DNA of 64,000 bases from Plasmodiophora brassicae (GCA_036867785.1 CP145416.1:1-64000); one strand, 5' to 3'; positions 34,101-47,073 are shown, counted from the stretch's first letter. Numbers and translations are program-made. Notes: a model not told the origin generated them from the sequence alone.

Positions 34101-34927
34101 TCAGCCCAACGATCATTGGCAACAAGTACCCGGGTTGGAATGAGCGTTTCCTCGACATTCGCAGAAGCGAGACGCGGTCGCTGATGAAGGCGCGGTTCCA
34201 GCGCATGGCGTCGTACGGGTGCCATGGTATCGAACCCGACAACCTGGATACCTACTCGTCGAATACCGGATTCAGCCTGAGCCCTGCGGACGCTCTGGAC
34301 TACATGAACTGGATCGCGAGCACCGTGCACGGCCTGGGCATGGCTGTGGGCCTCAAGAACTGCGGCGACCTGATCGCGAAGAACAACCTGGCTGACGTGT
34401 TCGACTTCGCCGTTGTCGAAAACTGTGCCGAAACGGGCGACTGTCCAAAGTTCGCTCCGTTCATTCAGTCTGGCAAGCCGGTGTTCGCCGCCGAGTACAC
34501 GGACGCTGGTGCGGGTGGGTGCAGCCCAACCATCTCATCAGTAGCGGCCGCGTGTGCCGTCACGAACGCGCAGAACCTGGAAGCCATCATTAAGTCCTGC
34601 GACCTGGGCACGGAATGGCAAGCCTGTCAGACGTACAGCAGTACCGGGTACCGATCCGGTGCGACGGCGACACCCTACTCAACACCGACTCCCAAACCGA
34701 CTCCGGCATCGACTCCCAAACCGACGCCGGTACCGACTCCGGCATCGACTCCCAAACCGACGCCGGTACCGACTCCTGTGCCCACCTCGGCACCAACTCC
34801 CAAACCTACCCGTTCGCCAACGCCTGCTCCGACACCTGCACCGACACAGGCAACACCCTCGCCCACCCCGGCACCGTACGAAGGCGGCGGCGGTTGGCGC
34901 TCCTGGAGTCGACACCATCAACACTGA
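31184..34927 (+). CDS. Secreted GH114 family protein, three tandem catalytic domains with Pro/Thr-rich linkers
   Basis: Same motifs and intron positions as gene 1, with an internal tandem repeat of period 1234 bp (e.g. 32122 vs 33356). The stop comes only after the third domain ([14 protein letters not shown]). Confidence 0.9.
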
Positions 34928-35333
34928 TCACCATCTGCGAGTCGGCTGGCGTGTTGGCAGGGCCAACGTTCTACCCAGGTAGCTGCGTCTGCGCTCTTAC
35001 GTGCGCTCTTACGTTATAAAACAACGAGATGAATAATTCCATGACGAGATGCCTCCCGTTCTTCGGTTCGTCATCAGTAGTGGGGTCGTTATGATGGACG
35101 GTTCGAAAGCGGACGCATGGTAATGCTGACATAATTGGCGTACTATCTCGGATGGCGCCGAGCACCCTCGCCGCAACTCAGAGCACGATGCCTCCACGTA
35201 GACGAGTCCGCGTTTCTGCCGACGTCGTTGGCGGGATCTATGCTTCGAAGCTATTGGGCGTCCGTATCGCTATGCGTTAGACAGTTGTTCATATCGATGT
35301 GGGGCGTTCATGATGAACGGACGGGCATCCACG

Positions 35334-38300
35334 CTATGATGTGGACGCGTTAAGGGCGTCCTCGTAGCTGACGGCGCCGCTGGCAATCCCCCGGAGCAGG
35401 GCGGCATTCGTGGGGCCGGTCTCGTTGACCAGGGACGACAGTATGGAGTCGTCGCGGGCCAGCAGGGCCGCCGGCGTGTCGAACTCGGCGACGCGGCCCT
35501 TGTCCAGGACCAGGATCCTGTTGTAGTCGATGACGGTGTTCAACCGGTGCGCGATCGTCAACAGCGTCCGATCGCGGAACGCCACCCGAAGCGCCCGCTG
35601 CAGGAGGGCATCCGTCGACAGGTCGATCGACGCGGTGGCCTCGTCCAGAATGACGATCCGGGCGCGCTCCCTTAGCAGCGCCCGCGCCAGGCACAGCAGC
35701 TGCTTCTGGCCGACGCTGAAGTTCTCGCCCTGTTCCGCCACGATCGCGTTCAGCTTGCCGCCCTGCGCGTCGATGTACTCGGCCATGAAGGCGCCTCGCA
35801 ACGCCGCCCACACCTTGTCGTCGTCGAATTCGTCGAACGGGTCCAGGTTGTGCCGGACGGTGCCCGAGAACAGGATCGGGTCCTGCGGGATGATCGCCAG
35901 CGACTGGCGTAGCCGTCGCAGCCCGACCGTCCGCGTCTCGACGTCGTCAATGAGGATCCGGCCCGACGCCGCCTCCACGATCCGGAACAGGGCGATCATC
36001 AGCGACGACTTGCCGGCGCCGGTGCGCCCGACGACCCCGATCTTCTCGCACGACCGGATCGACAGGGAGATGTCGTTCAGGACGGGCGGGAGCTCGGGTC
36101 GGTAGCGCAGCGTGAACTTGTCGAACACGATCGTACCCGATTCCGGCCAGGAGGCGCGCGGATCGACAACGTCGACGACGGCGCTCTTGGGCGGGCGCAT
36201 CGCCCTGACGACGGCAACGTCGGCAGCGTCGGCAGGTTCCTCGATCGGCAGGCCGTTCGCGTAGTAGTCGAGGCGCTCGACGCTGTTCATCTGGATTTCC
36301 GTGTCGGCCGCCTGCCGGACGCACCAGTTCATGACGGAGGTGACCGTCAGCGCGTACGAGATCGTCAGGCCCGTCAGCGACGACGACACCGACATGAGGA
36401 CGCACGACAGACTGGCCGCCAGCACCATCAGGTTGCCGATCGTCTCCAGGCGCAGCGACAGCCAGCGCTGGATGGCGATCTGGCAGAACTGCGGGCGGTT
36501 GTCGGCATCCAGCAGCGCGCGGTGCCGCCCGACGAACGCCGCCTCCTCGCGGTACGCGCGGATCGTCGCCAACCCGTTCAGCGTTTCGCTGAACTGGGCG
36601 TACAGCGGCGAACGCATCAGCGCGTCCAGGCGCTTGAGCTCGCGCGACGTCGACCGGTAGAACCGTTGCACGTAGTAATAGACGACCAGCCTGAGCAGAC
36701 GGGAGCACACGGCACGTCAGTAGGAACGAAGGAGTGGCCGTAAAATTAAAAAAAAAAAACGCCGCGACTGCAGCGCAAAGAGTGCGCGACAAGCCGCCGC
36801 GCGAATCGACGGTCACGGCGACAGTGGGGCCGAAAGTGCGAAGACGCACGTAATACGTACAAAGGGAGCAGGATGGCGATGAAGGGCGGCGTGACGACGC
36901 AGATCAGGATGAACGTGGCGATGCAGGAAGCCGCCGTCTGCAGGAACGAGGACAGCGACTGCGGCAGCAGCGAGTCGACGCCGTCCTGGTCCTTGCTGAA
37001 CCGGTTCAGGATGCGCCCCATCGGCGTCGTCTCGAAGAAGAAGACCGGGGCGCGCATCACGCGCTGGATCGCGCCCATGTGGATGCGGATCGCGCCGCGC
37101 GTCGACCCGTACGCGTTGACGGCGCCGAAGACGAGTGTCAGGACGGCGCTGGCGGCGCCCAGCAGCACGTAGATGTCCATGGCGTTCTTGTTGGCGTTCG
37201 GATCCGCGATCCAGACCGCCAGCCACGTGTTGACGCCGACGTTGGCGACTTGCGACGCCGCCAGCGTCAGGAACAGGGCGACGATGTACACGACACCGCC
37301 GCACTGCTTCAGGTACACCAGGTAGTACCTGGAGTCGACGGCCCCCATGGCACGTTCCTCGCTCGTCATCAGCTTGGCACCGGGCGCCTGTTGCGTCTTG
37401 AGGCGCGTCGGGTCGCCCCCGCCGACGTCTGCCTGCGGTTTCGCGGGCGGCGCAGCGGCTGGGCCGTCTGCCGGCGGCGCCGACGACGACGCGTCCGAGG
37501 CACGACGCGTACCCACGCCGCCGTACTCGTGCATGAGGCGGGTGAACTCCCCGTTGGCGTTCATCAGGTCGGCGTACGTGCCCTGTTCCGCGATCCGCCC
37601 GGCGTCCATGACGACGATGTAGTCGGCGCGCGGGACAAAGTGCAACTGGTGGGTGACCAGGACGCGGGTCTTGCCAGCCAGACGCTGCATGAGGCACTGG
37701 TCGAACAGCGCCTTGCCGACCATGGCGTCGACGGCGGACAACGGGTCGTCCAGCAGGATGATGTCCGGGTCGAAGTAGACGGCACGAGCGAGGTTGACGC
37801 GTTGCTTCTGCCCGCCGGACAACGTGATGCCCTTCTCGCCGATCTCGGTGCGGTCGCCGTCGGGCAGCGCCTCGATATCCGGGATCAGGCAGCAATCCTC
37901 GATCGTGCGCAGGTACGTCGCCGCGTCGTACGCCTGGCCGAACAGGACGTTGTCCCTCAGCGACGTGTTCTGGATCCACGCCTGCTGGGGACAGTACCTG
38001 GACGGGGAAACGCTGTCAGACGATGGAGCCGCCCACGCGATGCAGCAGGGGGAACCGGCGACCCGACAGAGCCGTTGAACTCGATGGAGCCCGACTCGTG
38101 CGACATCTCGGCCACCATGGCGGACAGCAGAGACGTCTTGCCCGACCCGACCGGGCCGACGACGCAGACCAGCTTGCCGACCGGAACGTGCAGGTTGATG
38201 TCCCGTATCCTGAATCCGGACGATGGACCCCGGTCCTTGTCAGCGACGGCGGCCTTGCCGTTGGCAGGCGGGCTCGGGGCGGCGGGCGCCGTCTCCCAGA

Positions 38301-39787
38301 GAAAGTTCGCGCTGGTGATCGAGATGGCGTCCGGCGACGACGGGTTGATGGCCGGGCGGTACGACAGTTCCTGCGCGAGCAGGTACGCCTGGATGCGCTT
38401 GACGGCGACGCTGGCGTCGACGATCTGCCCGAGGATCATGGGCAGCATCATCAGCGGGAAGCGCAGCAGGTTGAAGTAGGCGACGCACGGGAAGATGACG
38501 TCGGCCGTCAGCGGGTTGCCGACCAGGTTGTACACGACGAACGAGACGATGGAGGCGAACAGCGGGATGGCGCCCGAGATCATCATGAACCCGGCCCTGA
38601 AGTACGCGATCCGCTTGATGCGGTGCATCTCGGCGGAGCGCAGACCGAACAGATGCGCCAGGAACGACGGCTCCCAGGAGTAGAACTTGATCACGCGAAT
38701 GCCGTTCAGAATCTCCTGCATGAGTTTCACGCGCCGGTCCGTGATACCCGACGTCTCTACGAAACAACAACAACAACCGTGTTAGCGACGCTCGCTGGAA
38801 GGCACGGAGGCGAACCCTTTCGCAGCTTGGAAAGGTACCGCATGACGCTGGCCTGAACAGGAAGCGCGACGAGCAGCAGCCCGACGCCGACGAGGGACGG
38901 CCAGCCAAGCGTGGTCAGGAGCAGCGCAAGGATGAGGACGATCTGGAACAGGCCCGACCACGTATAGTGCAGGTACCCGGACAGCATTTCGATGCGCGTC
39001 GTGTCGGTCGACACCATGTTGACCGCCTGGCCCGAGGAGAACTGCTGCCGCGCCGACGACGACAACCGCAACGACTTCTCGTAGATCTCGGTCGTCAGGG
39101 ACGTCCGCAGATCGAACCCGACATTCATCGTCAACTGGTGGCGCAGCGGTTTTAGTCTGCGCGGCGGTGAAGCAGGACATGGGTCGGTCGGTACCTGGAA
39201 GTAGTAGTTGACGAAGAACGTGGACCCCTCCTGCATGGCGAACATGAGGACGCAGAGGCCGCATAATCGCAGGTAGGACTGTTTGCCCATCTCCCGGAGC
39301 AGCAGCGACAGGACCAGCGGCGTCAGTATTGTGCTGAGGTCGCTGAACACCTTGAGGATGCCTATGCAGACGTGCAAACGTTACGACGACGGTGATCCGT
39401 TGCTATAAGCCTGAAGGTATAGGACGTCATACCGGCTGGCAGCCAGGTCGGGCCAAACGCGGCAAACATGGCGCGCAGGATGGACGCCTGTCGAGGCGGG
39501 GTGGCGGCGGCCGCGTGCTCGTGTTCGCGCTGCCAGGCAGCGCCGAAATGGGCGCTCAGGCCTTTGCTGCTGTGCGCGTCGTCCATCCTGTAGACGTCGT
39601 CGATCTCCAGCGGGCGTTTCGCGCCGAGCCGCAGCAGGTCGCCGATCCAGGCGTACGTGACGCGCGACGCGATCGACGCCGACGCCAGCGGCATCACGTG
39701 CGACCCGTCGCGGGCGGCGTCGGCAGGCAGATCGACGACCACGCCCGTCGCATCGATCTGCAGCGCATCCGGCGCCTTATCCGCCAT
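35334..39787 (-). CDS. ABC transporter, subfamily C (MRP/YOR1-like, short form), multi-exon
   Basis: NBD1 VGPVGSGKTSLL and LSGGQKQRVNLARAVY...LLDDPLSAVD; NBD2 VGRTGAGKSSL, NFSVGQKQLLCLARAL, LDEATAS and IAHRL; TMD motifs PMGRILNRFSKD and SRELKRLD. Confidence 0.97.
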
Positions 39788-40261
39788 CTGCAATGCAACG
39801 GGCGCACTGAGGAGCGAACCGTTCGTCGTGGCTCCAAAATAGTGGGCCAACATGACGCCCCCAATTTTGTCGAGACCAACAAACGAAACGGATCTGTTCC
39901 GGTCCGTACCACCTACGCCATTTCATGGCCGGCTTTCGCCTGCGGAATTGGTTTTTCACGATCGCCCGCCGGCCTGCACCTCTCCGAAGTGACGAAACGA
40001 CCTACTGCGTACAGAGTCCGGCCTCACTTTAGTCGCATACAATTGTACCGGGGGTGGCGTAGGGGTGTGTGACTTGTGTGACAATTTCGAGGTGGGACGA
40101 GGTGGCCTGGAACAGGAGTGCTTCTGCCACGCGGCGATCGCAGATTGTGGTGCCAGTCACAGGCGGAAACGTCGGACGTTGACGATGGGCGCCTCTCCAA
40201 GCTAGTCACGTCATAGCAAGTGAGCGTCATACGTACGTCGATCATCAGCACGCTCGTCGCC

Positions 40262-41518
40262 ATGGCGCCCCGTGTGGCAATTATTGGCGCCGGTCCGGCG
40301 GGATGTATGTTGGCCCGCCTGCTGACCCTGCGATCTGTCCCCGTTGTCGTTTTCGAAGGCGAACCGTCGCCGAACTACCGGTCGCAAGGCGGCACCCTCG
40401 ACCTGCACACCGAATCAGGGCTGGCCGCCATGCAAGACGCCGGCCTGTTCGACGAGTTCCTCGAGCACGCGCGCTACGACGGCGAATCAATGGTCCTGGC
40501 CGACAAAAACCTCAAGGTCTACTTCCGGGAGAGCCCGTCGAAGCAAACGGCCACGAACAAGCTCGGTGGACAGCGGCCTGAAATCGACCGCGCCGAGCTC
40601 AGGCGCATCCTGACGGAAAGCCTGCCCGAAGGCGTCATCCGCTGGGGACATCGCTTGAAGCAGGTCGAAGACAATGGCACGCTCGTGTTTGAGCACACCA
40701 GTGAGTCGGGATTCGACCTGATTGTCGGGGCTGACGGCTGCTGGAGCAAGGTCCGCAACGCGTTGACTGGCCAGCATCCCATCTTCGCACGCGTTGCCTG
40801 CTTTGAACTCCAGATCCTGGACCCGGAGACGACGGTTCCCACCTTGCACGGCCTTGTCAACAGGGGCAGCGTCTTCGCCCATGCCGATGGGCGCATGCTG
40901 TCCGTTCAGCAGATGGGCGATGGAAGCCTGCACGTGATGGCCATTCAGGCGCGCGACTCAGAGAAGTGGCAGGAGTCGTGCGGGTTCGACACCCGGTCGA
41001 TCAAGGACGTCAAGGCCGCGTTGATCGGCGAGGGCGGGCCGTTCGCCGACTGGCACCCGACGCTGAGAACGGCCATCGAGACTGCGAACGACGCGAAATG
41101 CGTGCCGAGGTCCCTGTTCATGCTCCCGGTCGGGTTCACGTGGCCGCACCGTCGCGGGTTCACCGTCATTGGCGATGCGGCGCACGTCATGACGCCTTTT
41201 GCCGGCGAAGGCGTCAACCTGGCGCTCGATGACGCGCGGAAACTGGCAAAGGCCATCATTTCCGCTGCACCGGGCGATGCGCACGACCTGGACGACGCGG
41301 TGATCGCATCCGAGAAAGAGCTGTGGCAGCGCACCGTGAAGGTCACGAAACTGACGGACGACGTCACGCAGGCGTGGTTTTTCACGCCCGGCGTGCCGAA
41401 GAGCGTCATCGCCCGCATCATGTGCATGCACCTGAAGGAGCACATCCCCGCGATCCTCTATCCGTTCGCGGCCGCCTTCGTCCACTGCTACTACTTCATC
41501 TGGAGCCTTTGGAATTGA
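40262..41518 (+). CDS. Intronless FAD-dependent monooxygenase, TetX-like family
   Basis: IIGAGPAG, QGGTLDLH, RPEIDRAELRRIL, DLIVGADG and IGDAAHVMTPFAGEGVNLALDDA. Confidence 0.92.
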   Translation: MAPRVAIIGAGPAGCMLARLLTLRSVPVVVFEGEPSPNYRSQGGTLDLHTESGLAAMQDAGLFDEFLEHARYDGESMVLADKNLKVYFRESPSKQTATNKLGGQRPEIDRAELRRILTESLPEGVIRWGHRLKQVEDNGTLVFEHTSESGFDLIVGADGCWSKVRNALTGQHPIFARVACFELQILDPETTVPTLHGLVNRGSVFAHADGRMLSVQQMGDGSLHVMAIQARDSEKWQESCGFDTRSIKDVKAALIGEGGPFADWHPTLRTAIETANDAKCVPRSLFMLPVGFTWPHRRGFTVIGDAAHVMTPFAGEGVNLALDDARKLAKAIISAAPGDAHDLDDAVIASEKELWQRTVKVTKLTDDVTQAWFFTPGVPKSVIARIMCMHLKEHIPAILYPFAAAFVHCYYFIWSLWN

Positions 41519-41723
41519 ACGGACGCAGCGCTGTGTTTCGCGTTTTTCCGCCTCTTTTCTATACATACAGCGTCTTCGACACATGGTTAGGGTCAACATG
41601 GGAGCTGCGCCGGAGCCGCACCTGGGGATGGGCGACGGGGGAACGCGAGTCCGTCGGCGCCGCCTCCGCCGCCGCCGCGGAGTCCGTGACGTGCTGTTGT
41701 TGCAGTCGGTGGCATTGGGAGAC

Positions 41724-42449
41724 ATGGCGACGACAACGTCGACGCTGGACAAGTACCAGCGCGTGCCGGCGACGATGGCGCCGGCGTCGCCGGATGAGAT
41801 CCGCGTGACGACGAAGGGCGTGATGAAGTCGTACCTGACGGCGGTGATCGGGCGTCTGGCGTCCGGCGAGGACGCATCGGAGCATGTGACGTTGCAGGGC
41901 ATGGGCAACGCGATCTCGAAGGTCGTGTCGATTGCGGAGATTGTCAAGCGTCGTATTCCGGCGGTGCACCAGCTGACGTCGATCTCGTCGACCGAGGTCG
42001 TCGACACGTACGAACCGCTGGAGGAGGGCCTGGAGACGGTCGTCATCAAACGTCAGGTCCCGTCCATCGCCATCACGCTGACCATGCAGACGCCATCCGA
42101 CGACGCCATTCGCAACTGCGGATACCAGCCAGGCATGCCTGGCGCCCCGGCCGTCATTGATCACCCGCCGCGCCGCAAGCAACGCCCCAAGAAACCAAAG
42201 AAGGCGCCGCAACCGGACCGCACCGAACAGGACGAACCTGCGCAACAGCAGGACGCCCCACAGCAGCAACAACAACAACCAGAACAGAACGAACAGGTAG
42301 CCGGCGATGCTGAACCGAAACCAGCGACCCGCAAGAACAACAATCGTCGTGGTGGAGGTGGGCGTCGTGGACGACGCCCAGCAAAGGCGTCGACGGTGCC
42401 ACCGCCTGCGTCGGAACCGGGCGTGGACAGCGCCCAGCCGGCGACGTAA
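41724..42449 (+). CDS. Alba-domain nucleic-acid-binding protein (RPP25/Mdp2-like)
   Basis: EIRVT...GMGNAISKVVSIAEIVKRRIPAVHQ...YEPLEEGL...GYQP, with an RGG-like tail. Confidence 0.9.
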   Translation: MATTTSTLDKYQRVPATMAPASPDEIRVTTKGVMKSYLTAVIGRLASGEDASEHVTLQGMGNAISKVVSIAEIVKRRIPAVHQLTSISSTEVVDTYEPLEEGLETVVIKRQVPSIAITLTMQTPSDDAIRNCGYQPGMPGAPAVIDHPPRRKQRPKKPKKAPQPDRTEQDEPAQQQDAPQQQQQQPEQNEQVAGDAEPKPATRKNNNRRGGGGRRGRRPAKASTVPPPASEPGVDSAQPAT

Positions 42450-42625
42450 CCCGGCACCGCATACGCCGCCACAACTCCTAATGCTAAACTCGCAAACATC
42501 ACGATGCTGGGCGTGCAGTGCCGTCTGGCTGCAATAGCTGCGCCGTATCGGTTCGGTGCCAGACGCAAGCCGCGCGTGGGACGCTGCGGACCTGGACCTG
42601 TTTATTCGGCGCTCTTCTCCGCCTC

Positions 42626-45600
42626 CTAAGCCCGCGCAGCGTAGGTGGGCCTCTGGATGCGCATCTGCTTCGATGGCCTGGCGAGCTGGCCAGGCGATTC
42701 GACGGACGCTTGATGCGAGGTCGACTCGGACACGGAGGAGGAGGAGCACGCTGCCGCCAGCGATTCGACGGTGTCGTTCAGGGCCTGGATTTCGTCGTCG
42801 CTGGCGAGCTGTGCCCATTGGCGAACATGCGCGTCGGACAGGAGTTTCAAGTTGTTCGCCCTGGCCGTTTGGGACAAGGCCGTTGAGGCCGGTGCCGTGT
42901 TCTGCGTCCAGTACGACCCGAACGTCATCCCGGACACGATCGTGTACAACGTTGGGTACCTCCAGGGATCCAGGTTGCGGCTCAGTTCGACCAGTATGGT
43001 CCAGAGTGCGAACAGGAGCGAGGCAACAAGAACGATGAGGGTCAGGGATGACACCAGCTGTATGCTCGCCGCGTTGCCGGCAGGGACCGATTGCATGGCA
43101 AGAAGAAGGACGATGATCGACAGGAGAGACGTGCCGAGGATCAGGTCCAGGCGATTGTTGGCGTTGTGGAAGTACGGCCGATATTTGACGCAGCAGACGA
43201 GATAGATGCAGATGATCATAACCGCGATGGCCATCGTCGATGAATCTCCCGGTCCTACAGACGACAGCAGGATCGACAGCGACAGTTTCCACAGTAACAT
43301 GGGACAGTACCAGAACCACATCTGGGCGAACACGATACGGTTATGTTTCCAGTCGGCAATGAGCGGCCGCAGATACCTTGTTCTGGAATGGACGGAAGTA
43401 ATGGGCAAATGTCTGCTCATTCGGTGAGTTCCAGGTCGACGTGATCGGCAAGCATCCGCCGTACAGACCTCGAAGAAGCCGTCGTTGTATGTTTGCGATG
43501 GGGCGCTCCACATGACAACGCCCACCATCACCGGGTAGACTAAAACCCATATATAGTATCCCCATGTCAAACGGGCATTTGGGCCCGCAGACTGTAAACG
43601 TACCGAGTGTGGTCAGGAACAGGCCTGCAACTGTTAGCGGGAGCATGGACGACCATTCGCCGGGTGCATAACAACGTATGCTGGCTGTGTACCACGAGGA
43701 GTAGAACCCGGGCACGTTCGGCTGCTCGTAGCAGATGAAGACTTCCACCAGACTTGAGAGGTGCTGGACACCAAATTTGCAATCAAAATTGGATATGAAT
43801 CGTTCGGAGCCCAGTAGCGCGTAATTATGTACGTACGTAGATGTAGAGCAGGTCGACGAGTCGCAAAGATGCCGACAATACCCTGTTCAGCTTTGACGAG
43901 AAGACGGTGTTGCGCGTGAACTGTTTGGTCAGCGTGGCCGTTGCGACCAGGGCGCTGAAAATGTTCAGCACAGCGCATCTGACCGTGTAGGACAGCCCCC
44001 AGGTCACTTGGAGAAGACATCCGACCCTGAATTTGTCGGGCGACAACGAGAATATGGCGGCAGTGCTCGCGAATATACTGATGGAGTTCGGGACGACAAC
44101 GTTGGAATCTCGAAGAATCTGCCTCCCAACGACGGATAGGACCTGGCAGAACTCAATGGTCTGCTTCGCGGCAACCGTCCAGCTGACAGAACTGTGCTCG
44201 TTCTGCCTGTTCTTCGCCATATCGATCATCTACAGCAATTGTTAACGTCTGCTCGGCGGGGAAAGTGCGATTGTAATATTTACAAGGAAGATAACAACGC
44301 AGGGTATGGCGATGAGCAAGAAGAAGGCACCGGTCAGGACAACCTCCCAAGCCGAACGTCGGCACTCTCGGCAGAGAATTCCGTCCGTGTACCAGCCAGG
44401 TCGGCATCGAGCACAGAGCGCGCCCTCGTATCCATCGGGGCACTCGCCAGGCGCCAGGGCTCCCGGACATCGCTCCGGCGACGAGCATAGGTAGAAGTCC
44501 AATGGAGCATCCGTACTGCTCCAGAATCCAACCTGAGTGTTGTAGGAGTCAGGCGCCAGGTTCAGTGGCCTCCAAATGAACGCATGGTACCTGTGCGGAA
44601 GGTGTCGCCTGGCGGCCAGCACAGTTTGCTCCACCCGGGCACGGCTGACACGAGCCGTTCCGGACCTCGAAGAATCTCGTGATGCATCCACAGGCACCGG
44701 CAGACGTGGCTCCCGTTGTGTTCGTCGCCGCATGGGCCTGACAGGGTGTGCAACGCAGCTGCCCAGGGCCGGATGTGTAACCTGACTCATCGCAGGCGAT
44801 GCAGACGAGCTCAGAGTGGCTTCGGAGGTGCTCATAGGATCCGGATGCGCATTGGCATTCAGACACGGACGTAGCGCCAGGCGCCAGCGTTGTCGAAAGG
44901 TATGGACAGAGGGCGCAGGACGACAATCCCCGCCCGTCGGCGTACGTGCCAACAGGACACGGTTGGCAACGGCCGGTACCATTGGCCGAGAAGCGCCCAG
45001 CTGGACAATCGTTGCAGAAGGTTCGATTCAGGGCATCCGCGAACCTGCCGATGTTTTCGCGGCCGGCGGCGCAGACCTCACTGAGGAAGAACTCGGTGGG
45101 GATCCACTGCTTCCACCGGTGCTCGTTGGCGCGCGCCCACTGACAAGCGGTGCTCTGATCGGAAACGATCTGCTGGCCTTCCGACGATTGCATCCACATG
45201 TAGTCGTCGTCAGTGAAGTCGAAACGCGTCATCACCTGCAAACGCATTGAGAATCCATCGCGGGGTGATTCAGTAGGAGCGAGCATTGTACACGTACTGT
45301 GTACGCCCAAGGCGATGTGACGTTCAAATCCGGGGCGACGTACTTCGCAAACCGATAGACCGGAAAGTCGCACAGGCCAGAGATCGTGCCCGTGCCGTAA
45401 TCCAGGTACGTGTTCGGGTCGAAAGGAGGCAGGCGGACTCGAGTGGCGTTTAGATCTGGGAAATGGTAGTCCTGAGGGGACCACCAGAACAGCGCCGGTG
45501 CCCTACCGGTCTCCATTGATACGATATCGGAGACCCACGTGGCGCTCGTTTTGTAGTCCAGAATGGTGACGTCGATACCCAACCTGGAGAACAACGTGCG

Positions 45601-46143
45601 GTAGTCGTCGTAGTAGTACCAGGAGCTCGAATCGTCCCACATGAATGCCCCAACTGCGGAGAGGTTCGCACCCGGAAACGACGGCGGATTCCTGGAAAAC
45701 ATCTTGATGGTGCCCGGGTTCAAGTACGTTCTCCAATCGCTCAGGTTTGGCGACGTCTCGTACAGCCAATCAGCAATGTACAGCCCTTCCCAGTATTGTT
45801 TCGAGATCAGGCCGAGCATGTCCATGCCAGCAGGTGGCTGATCCCCATACGTGTAGTCGCCCGGGGCAGCCGGCAGCTGAATAGCCGGGCTGATCATAAT
45901 CGGTGGCGCACCGGGTGCAACGTTCAGACTGTTGCCCAGTACAATCGAGTATCCCATGAAGTCGCCAAAGATGGCGCGCAGGACGAGCTGGGGGCCGATG
46001 CCATAGTACGAGCCTTGATCGATGACAAGCGGGCGCCGGATCTGCGGGTCCGATGTCGGGACGGTCTGGAAGCACCCGCCGGCGACAACGACAGCCAGCA
46101 GAGCGGAGAATAGCGGCGCGTAGGCCGTTGTCACGACAGGCAT
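42626..46143 (-). CDS. Large receptor-like membrane protein: solute-binding (glycine-betaine/OpuAC-like) ectodomain + ephrin-receptor-like Cys-rich repeats + multi-TM region, multi-exon
   Basis: Signal peptide; EGLYIADW, ALFWWSPQ and TACQWARANEHRWKQWIP; CPAGRFS/CPVGTY repeats; CPDGYEGALCARC; several TM segments and YRPYFHNANNRLD. Confidence 0.72.
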
Positions 46144-46439
46144 TGGTTGGCGCTAATCCACGAACTCTGAGGTACGCCGTACGCGCCTCCCCGATCAATA
46201 TGGTGGTACCGAAGATCGTCCCTTAAGTAACCCCAGGGTACACCAATCGCATTCGTCCTGTGGCAGCAGAACCCAGACACTCGACCAGCGTTGAGGGCGG
46301 AACGGCCACGTGAAACTGCCCCTCCCTCATGAGTACCACGTATTCGCAGGGTTGTTTTATTCCGGGTATATGAAGCTGCGCTCCCCACAGACAGAGCGGC
46401 GGCGGCGACGTTCACAGCACGGCCCAACAGAAACACCAT

Positions 46440-47073
46440 TTATGTCGTCAGCGCCCTGCAACGCAAACACACAGTCAGCCGATGCGAAACGAGAACACGG
46501 GTCGTGCGTCACGTACATGATGGCGTTGACGATGTCGCCATCGTGTTTACGGAGGGCGTTGATGGCCTTCGCACGCGATACGTTCGCCTGGGCCTGCACC
46601 ATCTCGATGTCACCCTGGTCGAGGCCGGTGTCGTCGGCCTCCTCGTCCTCTTCCTCAACGACTTCACCCTTGGTGGCGACCAGCTCGGGCATGGCCTCCT
46701 CCTCATCGCCGCCGGCGGCGGCCGCTGCACCCTTCGCTGCCCTGAACTGCTGGGCAGCCTGCATGGCCGCGTTCTGCGACAGGTCCTCCATCTTGGCCTC
46801 GCCAAAGATCACGTACGTGTCGCTGACGGCGCTCTTGTACACGTCCGGGTTGGCGATCACGAACAGCATGTTCTTCGATCGCTTCACCGTGATGCGCGTC
46901 ACGCCCGTCACCGGCTTCAGGCCCAGCTTCTGGATCGCCTTGCGCGCTTTCTTCTCCTGCCGGTTCTGGACTTTGCTGAGGCCCTCGTCACCCGCCTCAG
47001 GCGCGCCGACATCGATCTCCTCCTCGGAATCCTCGACGCCGACCTCGACGTTGCGTTCCTCGATATCCGCCAT
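46440..47073 (-). CDS. NACA: Nascent polypeptide-associated complex subunit alpha
   Basis: EKKARKAIQKLGLKPVTGVTRITVKRSKNMLFVIANPDVYKS...FGEAKMED, and UBA DIEMVQAQANVSRAKAINALRKHDGDIVNAIM|ALTT* after the final intron. Confidence 0.96.

Noticed and set aside
41559-43319. 586-aa minus-strand ORF and similar long shadow ORFs (e.g. 37079-38479, 19933-21174)
   Set aside because: They are antisense or alternative-frame overlaps of well-supported genes, which is expected at high GC.
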